Shown piece after piece: positions 63,132-64,000 of a DNA stretch of 64,000 nucleotides. Source of the DNA: Psammoneis japonica (Eukaryota); contig QPGO01000040.1 in the NCBI GenBank assembly GCA_008632985.1, forward strand, positions 315,719 through 379,718, in the 5' to 3' direction. The notes below the pieces were generated by a model that saw only the letters and a list, made by a program, of their open reading frames with translations, was not told where the DNA came from and did no database searches. The translations under genes were made by a program, and so were the position numbers. How positions within the stretch are numbered: position 1 is the first letter of the stretch; each line of letters begins with the position of its first letter.

Positions 63132-64000
63132 TTAGACATCAATATCCCTCGGATCATAACAATAGTCGTTTTTGAACGACCCTGGCGAGTCTGCAGAGCA
63201 TCCTGGAACTGACTCAAAGCCATCACGTTTCATACACAGAAGCCCAGGCTTGCAATCGTTTCTGCCGTCACAGTCACCTTCGCATTTGCCAAGTTTTTCT
63301 AAGGGATTCTCTCCGACATCGTTGTACATGGGCTTACCATCGGTGCCATACTGTGTGGGCTTTCTTTCGTAGACAATTTTTTCGGGATCGAAGCAATAAT
63401 CTGTTGTTGCTGTTCCTCTTCCGGCACAACCCGGCACAGCTTCCATGCCGTCACGAATCATGCACCGCATTTTGCCTTCACAATCTTTGTTGCTGTCACA
63501 GTCGCCTTGGCATTCACCCAAAATAACATTTTTGTCATCAGAAACATCCGCGAGCATTGGTAGTGGAGTTGGAGCGGGAGTCGGAGAAGGAGTCGGACAG
63601 GTGATGATGTGGCAAAACCACTGCTTTCTACATTTGCTCTTGGGTGAGCCTCCGAAGCATCCCTTCCTCTCACATTTGTTGCAAGCGGCCCTCTCACACT
63701 CTTCAAAGTTAGGGTCATCTCCGCAAGGGTGTGGAGGAGGGGCAATCGCAGCGCAACCATAGTATTCACACCTCTTGCAGTCCAAGGTGTCGCTGTTGGC
63801 ATCGCAACCAGCGCACTTCTTTTCTTTACAAGCCCGCTTTTTGCACAATGGTTCAACTGTGGCGCAACCGAAACGCTTGCATCTGGTTTCATCGCCGGTG
63901 AGCCCAAAACAGTCCTCCCGCTCACACTTTCCGCACTGGAGTGGCTTACAAAACACATCGGAACACCCTAGTTCCTCGTTACAGATATCGGGGATGGGAA
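63132..64000 (-). CDS. Frustulin-like Cys-rich cell-wall protein (partial; 5' end beyond the window)
   Basis: Two acidic cysteine-rich domains with the frustulin signature C-[EQ]-G-D-C-D (LGECQGDCDSNKDC, LGKCEGDCDGRNDC...VPGC...DYC), preceded by a PTPSPTPAPTP linker. Confidence 0.8.
   Translation of the reverse strand, partial: PIPDICNEELGCSDVFCKPLQCGKCEREDCFGLTGDETRCKRFGCATVEPLCKKRACKEKKCAGCDANSDTLDCKRCEYYGCAAIAPPPHPCGDDPNFEECERAACNKCERKGCFGGSPKSKCRKQWFCHIITCPTPSPTPAPTPLPMLADVSDDKNVILGECQGDCDSNKDCEGKMRCMIRDGMEAVPGCAGRGTATTDYCFDPEKIVYERKPTQYGTDGKPMYNDVGENPLEKLGKCEGDCDGRNDCKPGLLCMKRDGFESVPGCSADSPGSFKNDYCYDPRDIDV

Overview
Eukaryotic DNA, most likely a raphid pennate diatom: it has a frustulin-type C-[EQ]-G-D-C-D protein, CoDi-like Copia remnants, an Ambal-like LINE and short GT-AG introns. 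Bases ~1-44,500 are a nested transposon graveyard: a LINE, two Copia remnants, a PIF/Harbinger transposase, a complete 9.1 kb Plavaka/CMC-like TIR element, a 2.4 kb TIR element and pseudogenes. An intact Crinkler-type Ubl-REase-kinase gene sits inside it. Bases ~45,000-64,000 carry host genes: two FG-GAP membrane proteins, a CDPK/CAMK-like kinase, GEP4-like and TMCO1-like genes, an LRR protein and a frustulin-like protein, plus a second degenerate block at ~57,100-60,550. The main observation is a RIP-like but chemically opposite hypermutation confined to the repeat/pseudogene domains. TpA is almost eliminated and converted to TpG or CpA (A:T->G:C), turning Tyr codons into Cys/His. The direction is supported by intact-versus-degenerate paralog pairs inside the window and by conserved transposon motifs. 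The process has a flanking-context preference (YTAR survives), appears to run ahead of CpG decay, and has sharp boundaries that cut through genes and repeats. All counts and alignments were done by eye.
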